From IMG/VR virus record IMGVR_UViG_3300007734_000703, positions 1-46,245 of that record: a stretch of DNA of 46,245 nt. One strand, written 5' to 3'. The notes beneath the pieces are model-generated. The model made no database searches. It saw only the letters and a program-made list of their open reading frames with translations, and had not been told where the DNA came from. This stretch comes from a virus (Duplodnaviria; Caudoviricetes). Below are positions 25,231 to 33,430 of the stretch, one piece after another. Every line of letters begins with the position of its first letter. The stretch's first letter is position 1. The position numbers and the translations under genes are program-made.

Positions 25231-27401
25231 TGCGACTCCAGCGAGGCAGCCGGATTGTTGATGTCAACGGTCGGCGCGCTGTTCGGATGCGCGGCCTGAC
25301 CGGGCATACCCATTGGAGCCGGCGCAACCGTCATTGGATGCGGCATGTTCGGCGGCGGCGGTGCTGCTGGGGAAATCCCGCCACCCTGTCCGCTCTCGTC
25401 TGCGGGTTGGTGCGCCTGCTCGAATTGCGTCTCCCAAGCCTGCAAGGTCTGGTTCAGCCACTCCAAGTGCTGCGCGCCAACCGTGGCGTCGGCATTTGCC
25501 AGATTGAGGATGGCCTGCGAGTAGTCGCGGACCTCCGTCGCCTTCTTGGCAGCAACGCTGGCTTCGACCTCGCGGCCCTTCTGCTCAAGCTCCATGCCCT
25601 TGACCGCAATCGCCGGATTGGGCGGAGCCTGCTTGTTCAACACCCGGTCGATGTTGTCGATTGACGCGGCATCCATGATGCGGCGGCGAATCTCATGGCC
25701 GTTGCACCACGGGTCGTTGGCGAACTGCATCAGGAACTGTGCGCGGCCCAGCCGCTGCATGTCCGTGACCATCGTCGGGTCGGACACAGGCTCAACGCCA
25801 GACCCAAGCACGTAATCCTGCTTGGTGATGACCTTCCAGGTGTCGCCAACCTTGTATTGCGATTTCTCATCGCCGTAGATGCGATTGAGCCGGTAGAGCT
25901 TGTTCAACTCGGACTTGAGCGCGCGGTGAACGCGCTTGTAGATCGACGTATAGACCTTCAATCCCTGTTCGATCAGCGCCAGCGTCGTGGTGGCTGGCGT
26001 GTTCGCGCTTGATCCCTGATCCCCGGTCAGGATGTCCTTGATCGCCGCGACTTCCTTGCCGGACTCAATCAGCAGCCCGAGCAACTGGAACAGCACCGTG
26101 GACGGCCCAGGGAACTGCATCGGAACGATGTTTTCGCGCAGCGTACCGCCCGTGACGTTCACAACCTTGTACTCACCCATGACGAACCGGATCGCTCCGG
26201 CATTCATGGACAAGCCCTTGCCGATGAACCCGCCGCCCGTGTTCGCCAGCGTGCCGGCGTCGAGCAACTGGTTCAGCGTCGTGTTGACCGCCTCGTTGAT
26301 CGGGCGCAGCAACTGGCCAAAGCCGACGCCGTAAATGCCGCCGTCAGGGTTCGGCAGGAAGTCGTACTTCGTGTAGTAGTGAACCGGGTCGATCTTGACG
26401 ATCTTGTGCGTCGTCTGGCTGAAATGAATGCCGTCCGCGTCGTATCGCGCGACGATACGGACAACCTTCTGTGATTTCTTATGGATCGTGACGATGTACG
26501 GCTCGGGATAGCCGTCCTCGTCCAAGTCCCACCAGCGGTGCTGCTCCAGGAACACATGCGGCGCGTCATCGTCGCCGTTCTGCGCATCGTCCGCCACGCC
26601 GTAAGGCTGCTCTGGCGTGAGGAACAGCCCTGCTCGTTCCTGCTCCTCAATCTCGATGGGGTAGTATTTGATTTCCTCGGTGATGCGAGGCGCGGTTTCC
26701 ATCGACTTGGCGTGATAGTTCACAACCAAGTTGAGCGCCGGCACCCGGAGCGAGGCGTTGCGGCCCTTCCCTGGATCGAAGTAGCTCTTGCGGAAGTCGC
26801 AGCCCACGATCGGCAGGATATGCAACAGCGCGTCTGTCTCAGGCTCCCATTCGGTCTGCTCGTCTAGGAGCTGCCACGACATATGCTCGCCAATGCCATC
26901 GGCGCGAATCTGCTTGGCTCCCGGCGGCACGGCCCACACCGGCTGCGGCTGGCCATCCGGCCCCATTTGCACAACCGGAGTGCCGTCAGGCCCGATCTGG
27001 GGCTGCCCCTCGTCGGCGCCGATTACCACGCCCTTGACCACAGAGCGGTTCGCCACAATGGCTGGATAGGCACGCGCGGCAAACTGGATCGCCGCGGTCG
27101 TCATCAGCGGATAGATGACGTTCGCAGCTTTGGGCCAGGGGTATTGCTTCTCCTTGGCGATCTGCATGGCCAGGTCTAGGGCCTGCTCGCTCTTGGTTTT
27201 CCAGTCTGAGCGGGACGTAACGTCGATCTCGTATTCGCGAACGGCGCGCATCCCGATCTTGTTCAGGACTTCAACGTCCAGATCGGCGGCGATGTTGTCC
27301 GACTTGATCCAGGCCAGGAGCTTTTGCTGTTGCCGAATGTCGGGCATGGCTTCGCTGGCCGCTGCCTCGATTGGCGCGGCTGCGAGGGCGTTCAATTCCA
27401 T
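25227..27401 (-). CDS. Portal protein
   Basis: 724 aa after the terminase; YEID..SR.DW, PWP.AAN, QFAARAY, LEQH, NQL.DAGTLAN, ALIEQG, KRVHR. Confidence 0.9.
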   Translation of the reverse strand: MELNALAAAPIEAAASEAMPDIRQQQKLLAWIKSDNIAADLDVEVLNKIGMRAVREYEIDVTSRSDWKTKSEQALDLAMQIAKEKQYPWPKAANVIYPLMTTAAIQFAARAYPAIVANRSVVKGVVIGADEGQPQIGPDGTPVVQMGPDGQPQPVWAVPPGAKQIRADGIGEHMSWQLLDEQTEWEPETDALLHILPIVGCDFRKSYFDPGKGRNASLRVPALNLVVNYHAKSMETAPRITEEIKYYPIEIEEQERAGLFLTPEQPYGVADDAQNGDDDAPHVFLEQHRWWDLDEDGYPEPYIVTIHKKSQKVVRIVARYDADGIHFSQTTHKIVKIDPVHYYTKYDFLPNPDGGIYGVGFGQLLRPINEAVNTTLNQLLDAGTLANTGGGFIGKGLSMNAGAIRFVMGEYKVVNVTGGTLRENIVPMQFPGPSTVLFQLLGLLIESGKEVAAIKDILTGDQGSSANTPATTTLALIEQGLKVYTSIYKRVHRALKSELNKLYRLNRIYGDEKSQYKVGDTWKVITKQDYVLGSGVEPVSDPTMVTDMQRLGRAQFLMQFANDPWCNGHEIRRRIMDAASIDNIDRVLNKQAPPNPAIAVKGMELEQKGREVEASVAAKKATEVRDYSQAILNLANADATVGAQHLEWLNQTLQAWETQFEQAHQPADESGQGGGISPAAPPPPNMPHPMTVAPAPMGMPGQAAHPNSAPTVDINNPAASLESQ

Positions 27402-27593
27402 TTAAGCCGTCAGGTCTTTCTTCACGACAAATCCCTGCACTTCAAACTTGTTCTTCTTGCCGCGCGGGATGCCGGAAAATCCAATCTCAATGCCCATCGC
27501 GTCCGCCTCGTTCATGATCTCAACGAGAGCGTCGATTGCAGCGCGGGCACGCTTCACGATGGCCTGCTCAATTTCATAATGCGTCTGAGACAC
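27402..27593 (-). CDS. Hypothetical protein
   Basis: GGAGGG RBS; abuts the portal start. Confidence 0.6.
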   Translation of the reverse strand: MSQTHYEIEQAIVKRARAAIDALVEIMNEADAMGIEIGFSGIPRGKKNKFEVQGFVVKKDLTA

Positions 27594-27609
27594 TTACCCC
27601 TCCGTTTTC

Positions 27610-28347
27610 CTAGTAGCCTGTAATGTCCGACCGCGTGGAATCAGCCCAGCCGCGGTCCTCAAGTTCATCGTCCTTCGGCTCACGGCACGCGACGTTCAAC
27701 CCGCTCATAATCAGGTAGCGCGTGGTGTCCATCAGGTGATCGTTTTGCTTGACGATCTTGCCCTTCTCGTCCCGGCGATAAATTCGAAACTCGCTCAACC
27801 AGTTTTGCAGCGACTTGAACACGAACAAACGTCCGCCGCTCAGTCGCTCCCATACGGCATAAAGACCGGCCTCAACCGCATTGTCTGCGGGTGCCAGGAG
27901 CAGCCCCAAATCGGTGTAGAGCTGAATAAGCTGCTGTCCATCAACCTGGCCACGTCCGCGTGCGGCTGGGTCGATGACGCCGGGTATCCAGCGGCCCTTC
28001 GCGCGGATCGCCGCCGAATGGATCGCCGGCTCGGCTTGGGAGCGGTAGTGCTCGGCATAGAGATAGACTGTATCGTCGTCCTGGTTCCAGGCGCCCCACA
28101 GCGCCGCGGTCCTGTTCCAGCCCACGTCTAGCGCGTAGCAGCGCGGCCAGTATTTCGGAATCTCAAACGGGTCGCAGACAATCTCGGATTCTGGTACGGG
28201 GTAGATCGCGCCGGAGCCGAGTTGCGGGATGCCCTTGGACCTGGCATCGCGTTGATACGGTGGTATCGAGGCGTAGAGTTCTTTCTTGGTCTGCTCGTCA
28301 AGATGGGGAACGTCATCCCATCCCGCCATCGTGAGATGCTTCGTCAC
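27610..28347 (-). CDS. terL: Terminase large subunit, C-terminal nuclease half
   Basis: WDDVPHL, RSKGIP.LGSG.IY, ALDVGW, E...YRRD..G.IVK..DHLMD.TRY (P22 gp2-like). Confidence 0.88.
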   Translation of the reverse strand: MTKHLTMAGWDDVPHLDEQTKKELYASIPPYQRDARSKGIPQLGSGAIYPVPESEIVCDPFEIPKYWPRCYALDVGWNRTAALWGAWNQDDDTVYLYAEHYRSQAEPAIHSAAIRAKGRWIPGVIDPAARGRGQVDGQQLIQLYTDLGLLLAPADNAVEAGLYAVWERLSGGRLFVFKSLQNWLSEFRIYRRDEKGKIVKQNDHLMDTTRYLIMSGLNVACREPKDDELEDRGWADSTRSDITGY

Positions 28348-29084
28348 GCTGGCATTCGCCCTTCTGGCATGTAGCTCATCACCACGTCAGACAACCCCAA
28401 CAGCGGCGTGAACGTGCACATAATCATGCCGTTCGTCGTCATCGTGCGAAGCAAGCACTCCGAATAGATGCCCAAGTCCGGCTCCTCATCGAGCCAAACC
28501 AAGTGCTTTCCGGTCCCCTGATACGATATGCGCTTCTGATCGTAGCTCTTGAGCGTTACCGCGCTCGTTCCGCCCGACTTGTGCTTAACGTAGATGTCCT
28601 GCACGGCGTCAGGGACGCCGGCTCTTGGCGTGGTTCGGATAATGCAACGCTTGCGGATAAGCCCTGTGCCATAGGCACCAACAGGCCCGAGGAGCTTCGC
28701 CTGAATAATGTCCCTGACGGTTTGGCTGGTGTCGCCGGCTGCCCAGGCCTCAATAGGATGGTCAAAGCGCCGGCCCTCCCACCATTCTGGATACTCGCCC
28801 GTCAGGTGCAGCGCGGTTTCATACCCACCAACACCCTCAGTTTTTCCAACGCGGTTAGCGGCCAACATGCACCGCTCACGATGCTCTTGGCCCGCACGGA
28901 AAAACTCAAGGTGCTTGGCGTACAGTTCCCGCCGGAGCGGCCCACTGTCCGGGTAGTAGCCGTCAATGCGGTTTTCGTTCTTCCGCTTGACCAGTTCCGC
29001 TTGCAACTGCCGCTCGATCCGATCCAATGAGGGCAGTTCGGAGCGCAGTAATTCGGGCAAGGGCCTCTGCAATATCGTCTGCAC
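28344..29084 (-). CDS. terL: Terminase large subunit, N-terminal ATPase half
   Basis: Walker A AANRVGKT, HLTGEYPEWW.G.RF, Walker B VWLDEEP, coupling motif TFTP. Confidence 0.9.
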   Translation of the reverse strand: MQTILQRPLPELLRSELPSLDRIERQLQAELVKRKNENRIDGYYPDSGPLRRELYAKHLEFFRAGQEHRERCMLAANRVGKTEGVGGYETALHLTGEYPEWWEGRRFDHPIEAWAAGDTSQTVRDIIQAKLLGPVGAYGTGLIRKRCIIRTTPRAGVPDAVQDIYVKHKSGGTSAVTLKSYDQKRISYQGTGKHLVWLDEEPDLGIYSECLLRTMTTNGMIMCTFTPLLGLSDVVMSYMPEGRMPA

Positions 29085-29322
29085 TCATGTCCTCAAGTGC
29101 ACTTTCCTTGATGTGCATTTCCTTCGGCAACAGGCCGGCAATGACCTTCACGTAAGTCTCCGGTGAGTCCTCGCGGCACTTCTTGATGGCCGCTTCACCG
29201 TGCGCCGTAAAGTCATCGTAGAGCTTGGCTACGAAATCCTCCGACAGCTTATTGCGCGACCCCTTGGGACGGCCACCGCCGTTATTCCCCGTTACAAATC
29301 GGCCAAGTTCGTCTTTTTGCAT
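28963..29322 (-). CDS. terS: Terminase small subunit
   Basis: GRF..GN.GGGRPKGSRNKL motif; directly upstream of and overlapping terL. Confidence 0.8.
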   Translation of the reverse strand: MQKDELGRFVTGNNGGGRPKGSRNKLSEDFVAKLYDDFTAHGEAAIKKCREDSPETYVKVIAGLLPKEMHIKESALEDMSADDIAEALARITALRTALIGSDRAAVASGTGQAEERKPH

Positions 29323-29323
29323 C

Positions 29324-29494
29324 TCAGTGCCACACGACTCCGGCCAGCTTCGAGGCTTCCCGGAATGTCCTCGCAACGATCATGCGGCCATTCGGGAAAT
29401 AGACCCGCCAGAAATCGCCGTCGAACTCGTAGGCGGGAAGGTCGTCAATCAATGCGGATTCGAGAAAGTCCAGAACCGCTTCCTGCTCGGTCAT
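29324..29494 (-). CDS. Hypothetical protein (56 aa)
   Basis: Translated by hand: MTEQEAVLDFLESAL...; ATGA-coupled and fills the gap exactly. Confidence 0.6.
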   Translation of the reverse strand: MTEQEAVLDFLESALIDDLPAYEFDGDFWRVYFPNGRMIVARTFREASKLAGVVWH

Positions 29495-29679
29495 TTCCTG
29501 AACGCCGCGCCTGGCTCTTTGGCGCCGAACGCGCGCTTCTTGATCTTCGGAGGCTTGCGCGGCTTCGGTACAAACCGATCGGCAACCGCGCTCAACGGCT
29601 CACTGTCCGGTCCTGTCTCAACATTCGGCCTGACGCCGGCAACCAGTGCTTTCGGGACAGAGCCAGTCGTGATGGGCAT
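29491..29679 (-). CDS. Small basic protein with a capsid-like N-terminus
   Basis: TAATG and ATGA coupling; MPITTGSVPKALVAGV; Lys/Arg-rich C-terminal half. Confidence 0.65.
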   Translation of the reverse strand: MPITTGSVPKALVAGVRPNVETGPDSEPLSAVADRFVPKPRKPPKIKKRAFGAKEPGAAFRK

Positions 29680-29954
29680 TAGGCTGACAATCCACAGTCG
29701 GCTTCCAGCGCGGAAAGAAACTCAGCCAGCGTCACCCACTCAATCGCGACGGCTTGGCCAGGAACCCAGCGTTTATTCCAATTCTCGGCGGGGACTGCGA
29801 CATGCCACCCACCATGACGCCACGCCATCGAAACGTTCAGCCCCTGATGCGTAACCTCCGGGGCAGCGGCTTGGCTTGCGCTCATCAACCCCAGCGGGGC
29901 CATAGAGCCAGCCCCGAGAACACCAAGTATTCTGCGCCGGGACTGATCAGCCAT
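29679..29954 (-). CDS. Protein with twin-arginine-like signal peptide
   Basis: SRRRIL, hydrophobic stretch, AxA. Confidence 0.6.
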   Translation of the reverse strand: MADQSRRRILGVLGAGSMAPLGLMSASQAAAPEVTHQGLNVSMAWRHGGWHVAVPAENWNKRWVPGQAVAIEWVTLAEFLSALEADCGLSA

Positions 29955-29956
29955 GT

Positions 29957-30172
29957 TTAGTACCCGCCGTGGTCCGGCTCGGGATGATAGCCGCGCGGAC
30001 GGCTGATGGCGCGCGAGCCTTCCTTCATGGTGCCGCGGACCTTCGGAGCGTCACCCGCCGACTTGAACGGGCTTTCGCAGCCGAAGGTGCTGTCCTCTTG
30101 TGGATCGCCGCCCTTGATTGCCATGCGGGTGTGCTGGCGAACCAGCGGGCCAGATTGATTATCCATGTTCAT
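29957..30172 (-). CDS. Hypothetical protein, first late gene
   Basis: AAGGA RBS; follows the structured leader region. Confidence 0.6.
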   Translation of the reverse strand: MNMDNQSGPLVRQHTRMAIKGGDPQEDSTFGCESPFKSAGDAPKVRGTMKEGSRAISRPRGYHPEPDHGGY

Positions 30173-30184
30173 CGTCCTTCGTGA

Positions 30185-30345
30185 TTTCGGCTCTTAACCG
30201 CGATTATCGCGGCTATCCCCATCTGAGGACCGAAGCACCGGAGGGATGCAAAGTCGGCGGCCACGCACTCGACCTAGGGGGGACTGAGGTCGGCGCGAAG
30301 AGTTTGGATAACTCAACTCTAGTGTCCGTTGTCATCGGACAGTTT
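30185..30345 (-). ncRNA. Candidate structured RNA (late leader or sRNA)
   Basis: About six consecutive hairpins; two have C-rich loops (CAGUCCCCCCU, UCCCUCCGG). Confidence 0.45.
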
Positions 30346-30381
30346 GCGGCTAAGTTCCGAGTCTGTAACAATTCGTGATAA

Positions 30382-30419
30382 TAGGACGTATTGACCTATA
30401 GAACGTTTTGCCCTAATCT
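30382..30419 (+). promoter_or_regulatory. Sigma70 promoter overlapped by tandem 17-bp operators
   Basis: TTGACC-N17-TAATCT; TAGGACGTATTGACCTA followed by TAGAACGTTTTGCCCTA. Confidence 0.7.
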
Positions 30420-30463
30420 CGCGTCATCAGCAAGGGCAATCAAGCCCGGCGATGGAGAGCAAA

Positions 30464-30694
30464 ATGACCAACCTGATCAAAATCGAAGTCCGCAACGTGT
30501 ACGGCAACGAAACCATCTACCCCCATTGCGAAGCAGCTAAGTCTTTCGCCAACATCGCGGGGACCAAGACGCTCACAATCCACACCCTTCGCAACGTCGC
30601 CGCCCTTGGCTTTTCCATCGCAGTGGTTGACCGTTACGGTCAGGTTAGCCGCATCTACACCCCGGAATTGGGCCGCAATCTGGTAGCAGCATGA
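30464..30694 (+). CDS. Hypothetical protein (moron gene 1)
   Basis: GGAGAG RBS; VRNVYGNETIYP.CE.AK.FA.IAGTKTLT. Confidence 0.75.
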   Translation: MTNLIKIEVRNVYGNETIYPHCEAAKSFANIAGTKTLTIHTLRNVAALGFSIAVVDRYGQVSRIYTPELGRNLVAA

Positions 30695-30876
30695 CCGCAA
30701 ACCAATACCGCGCCGCAATCGAGAAGCTCGGCCTTTCCCAAAGGAAGGCCGGGCCTTTTTTCGGAGTTGACGAGCGAACAAGCCGCCGATGGGCCGAGAA
30801 TGGCCCGCCAGAGGCTGTGGCGAAACTCTTGCGCCTTATGGTCCGACTAGAACTCAAACCCGATGACGTGCCCTAG
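30691..30876 (+). CDS. XRE-like HTH regulator (moron gene 2)
   Basis: YRAAIEKLGLSQ..A..FFGV.ERT.RRW...GPP..V..LL; ATGA-coupled. Confidence 0.85.
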   Translation: MTANQYRAAIEKLGLSQRKAGPFFGVDERTSRRWAENGPPEAVAKLLRLMVRLELKPDDVP

Positions 30877-31185
30877 GGCAGTCAAAGCAGTACGGAGCGC
30901 AAAGCTCACTCCGCAGCGTTTGCTTCGTGGTTCCCCAAATCCTCTTTCACTTCCAACTGCCCGCCGTCCAGATCGTCAAACTCGGGCGGTATCAATCCAA
31001 TGCCGGGCTGTGTCGCCAATGACTCATTGATCGGCTTACCGCGGTGTGTGTGCGATCCATAGTCGAACCGGCGGGCGTAGCTGCCCGCTTGGCGTTGATG
31101 CATCGAATGTCCGTGAACGGAAAAACCCGCCGCGATTTCTCGGGCGGGTCTGTCTGACGCAATTCGTCAGCTTGTATTAATGACT

Positions 31186-31710
31186 TCAACCTGATTTGCG
31201 CACAAAAGTCAATCCGTAGTGCCGCGCAAGCACATCAAGTCCACAAACAATCCGAGGTACAGCAAAGTCATTCCGGTCGTTGACCAGGTGCGCAACCTCA
31301 CGCGCGCCGCGATTGCCAACGCCTTCCTCCAATGCCACGAAAGCGCTCATATACGCATCGCGAATCTCGATCTGCTGTTCCTCGCTCAAGCCAGAGCTAC
31401 CGCCCCACGGTCCAACGATAACGCCCGACATGGACTGTTCGGTCGAACGCGGCGCTTCGATCACGGCCCGATAGCGGGAAACGGCTGTCCGGTATTTGAC
31501 GCCGGCCTGGTACTGGATTTCCGTGATCCAGCCATTCAGGCACAGCCGCCCCATGATGCACTCGGCCTTGGGATCGTGCGCGACATTGGCCGGCACAAGT
31601 CTCCGATGCGGCATGAGCTGTGCAATGGCGTTCGGCTCAATTGATTTCTCGCGCTGTGCCCTGCCGTTGGGCTCCCGCTTGATGTTCTGCTTGCGCTTGC
31701 GTCCGAGCAT
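31186..31710 (-). CDS. Putative late-transcription regulator
   Basis: GRKRK...REPNGR, MGRL.L.G.I...QY.AG, GLD.LA.HYG; occupies the Q position. Function inferred from position. Confidence 0.55.
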   Translation of the reverse strand: MLGRKRKQNIKREPNGRAQREKSIEPNAIAQLMPHRRLVPANVAHDPKAECIMGRLCLNGWITEIQYQAGVKYRTAVSRYRAVIEAPRSTEQSMSGVIVGPWGGSSGLSEEQQIEIRDAYMSAFVALEEGVGNRGAREVAHLVNDRNDFAVPRIVCGLDVLARHYGLTFVRKSG

Positions 31711-31866
31711 CTAGGCCCCCTGTTGCTTGTTCTGTTCAACGCAACGAAACCCACGCCCTGCCTTCCACTCGCGATACCAAGCCGCAGCCGCCGCTATCGC
31801 TTCGGCACGCTCCCGAATCTGAATCTCAATCTGGCGTTTCATCAGGTCGATTTCCGCTTCGGTCAT
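31711..31866 (-). CDS. Hypothetical protein
   Basis: ATGA-coupled to the helicase; abuts the next gene. Confidence 0.55.
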   Translation of the reverse strand: MTEAEIDLMKRQIEIQIRERAEAIAAAAAWYREWKAGRGFRCVEQNKQQGA

Positions 31867-32696
31867 ATCGAAAGCCCACCATGCTGCGGCGTGAACTGCC
31901 CCGTGGCCTGATCGACGTGGAAATGACACTCGCCCCGCCTGCCGGCGCCGATCTCACGCACCTTGGCTGAGATAACTTTGGCCATCGGGGACACGGGGTC
32001 CCGGACAACGATCAAGCCGTTGTCGCATTTGTTGTACCAGTTCATCGAACCTTCGATGTCCGAGAGCGTCGGCGTCTTGCCCTGCTCCACCCCGGCCTTC
32101 GTCGGGTGGGCCACCAGGATAACCGCCACGTTCATCGCTCGGCAAAACTGCTTCATGTACATCAGGCATTGCCCGATATAGTCTGTCATCATCATGTCCT
32201 TGGGCTTGGCGCGCTCCAGCTCGTTCCACGGGTCGATTAGGATCACATCGACGCCATCGCGCTCCACGGCCACCACAGCCTTGTCCAGCACCCATTGCAG
32301 GGTCTTAGGCTCAGTGTCGTAGTGGCTCGGCATGGCCGACTGCACGAAGCAGTGCTCGGCACAGAACGCGTCAAAGCCGCGCCGATCGCCCCAAATAAGC
32401 TTCAGCTTCTCCCGAATATGCCCCTCGTTCTCCGGGACATACATGAAGGTTTTCGTGTTGTTTTCGCGCGCAATGTTGCAAATCACATTGAGTAGAAACG
32501 TGGACTTGCCGTGGCCGGCGATGCCCGTGCATATCGTGAACTGGCCGGGATAGAGCTTCCAAAGCTCCGACATTTCCGGCCAGCCAGTACCGATGCAAAT
32601 ATCCGCGACGGAGCCGCGCTGTGGCAGTTCAGCGAGCGAATGGTACCCAGGCTGGCCGTGCCGATCGGCGTTAACGAATACTGGCGCGTTCATCAC
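31863..32696 (-). CDS. SF4 (DnaB/T7 gp4/Twinkle-like) helicase, no primase domain
   Basis: TGIAGHGKST, ILIDPWN, LVAHP, DIEGS...NKCD, KVR motifs. Confidence 0.85.
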   Translation of the reverse strand: MMNAPVFVNADRHGQPGYHSLAELPQRGSVADICIGTGWPEMSELWKLYPGQFTICTGIAGHGKSTFLLNVICNIARENNTKTFMYVPENEGHIREKLKLIWGDRRGFDAFCAEHCFVQSAMPSHYDTEPKTLQWVLDKAVVAVERDGVDVILIDPWNELERAKPKDMMMTDYIGQCLMYMKQFCRAMNVAVILVAHPTKAGVEQGKTPTLSDIEGSMNWYNKCDNGLIVVRDPVSPMAKVISAKVREIGAGRRGECHFHVDQATGQFTPQHGGLSI

Positions 32697-33430
32697 ATGA
32701 TCCCGTCTGGATATTCAGTTCCGAAAGGAGAAAGCGGTTTCTTCTGCGGGGACGACCTCGCCCGCGCCTCCAAATTTCGGTTCGCAAGATATTTGGACGT
32801 GCTGATAAACCAGTTTGAGCGGTCAGCATCCGATGCCCTTGGGCTACCAAGCCAGGCATCCCGCGCGGTTAGTTCCCCACGCAAATCAAGATTGCCGAAT
32901 GCTTCGGTCCAGTCCGAGAAGTGCTTTCGAGAAAGTTTGATTATGCCCCCCTCGAAGGCATAGCCCGCCGACGCCGCGTCAGCGGTTTTAGTTCCCTTCC
33001 CTTCCTTTCCCTTCCCTTCCCCTTGGACTTGCACAAGCGGCGTGGGGCACGCGTCATCCACGCGTGGGGCACGCGTCAATGGTGTAATGATTTCAGTCGG
33101 TTCGGGGATGGTCGATGCCATTTCCCGGTTGTTGATGACCTGGTGGTCCCTCCAGCTCGGGATCGCCCCAAATTCCCGCCCCTCTGACGCGTACCGCACG
33201 ATGAACCCACGCGTGGTCAACGCGTCGAGCACGCGTGAAAAGTCCACGTCGTCATACGGCAGACAGTCCAACTTGAGTTGCTTTGGCGCCCATCGAAAGC
33301 GGCCCTCACGATCGGCAGCGGTCCAGAGGCCAGCATAAGCAACGCGCAGTGGCAGCCCGGTTTCCTTCTCGGCTGCAAACAGTTCTTCATGGCGGAAGAA
33401 CTCCGGCTTGATGGTCCTGATGCGCGCCAC
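32693..33430 (-). CDS. Replication initiator (lambda O-like role)
   Basis: ARIRTIKPEFF, GLWT.ADREGR, HQ.IN, EGKGKEGKG linker; carries internal iterons. Confidence 0.82.
   Translation of the reverse strand: MARIRTIKPEFFRHEELFAAEKETGLPLRVAYAGLWTAADREGRFRWAPKQLKLDCLPYDDVDFSRVLDALTTRGFIVRYASEGREFGAIPSWRDHQVINNREMASTIPEPTEIITPLTRAPRVDDACPTPLVQVQGEGKGKEGKGTKTADAASAGYAFEGGIIKLSRKHFSDWTEAFGNLDLRGELTARDAWLGSPRASDADRSNWFISTSKYLANRNLEARARSSPQKKPLSPFGTEYPDGIM
32991..33236. promoter_or_regulatory. Putative replication origin (ACGCGT iterons + pyrimidine/purine tract)
   Basis: ACGCGT at 33049, 33060, 33071 and 33187, 33209, 33220, 33231; CTTCC tract at 32992-33022. Confidence 0.75.

Noticed and set aside
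30906-31189. Two overlapping minus-strand ORFs (65 aa each)
   Set aside because: One or both may be real, but I could not decide which from the sequence, so neither is listed as a feature.
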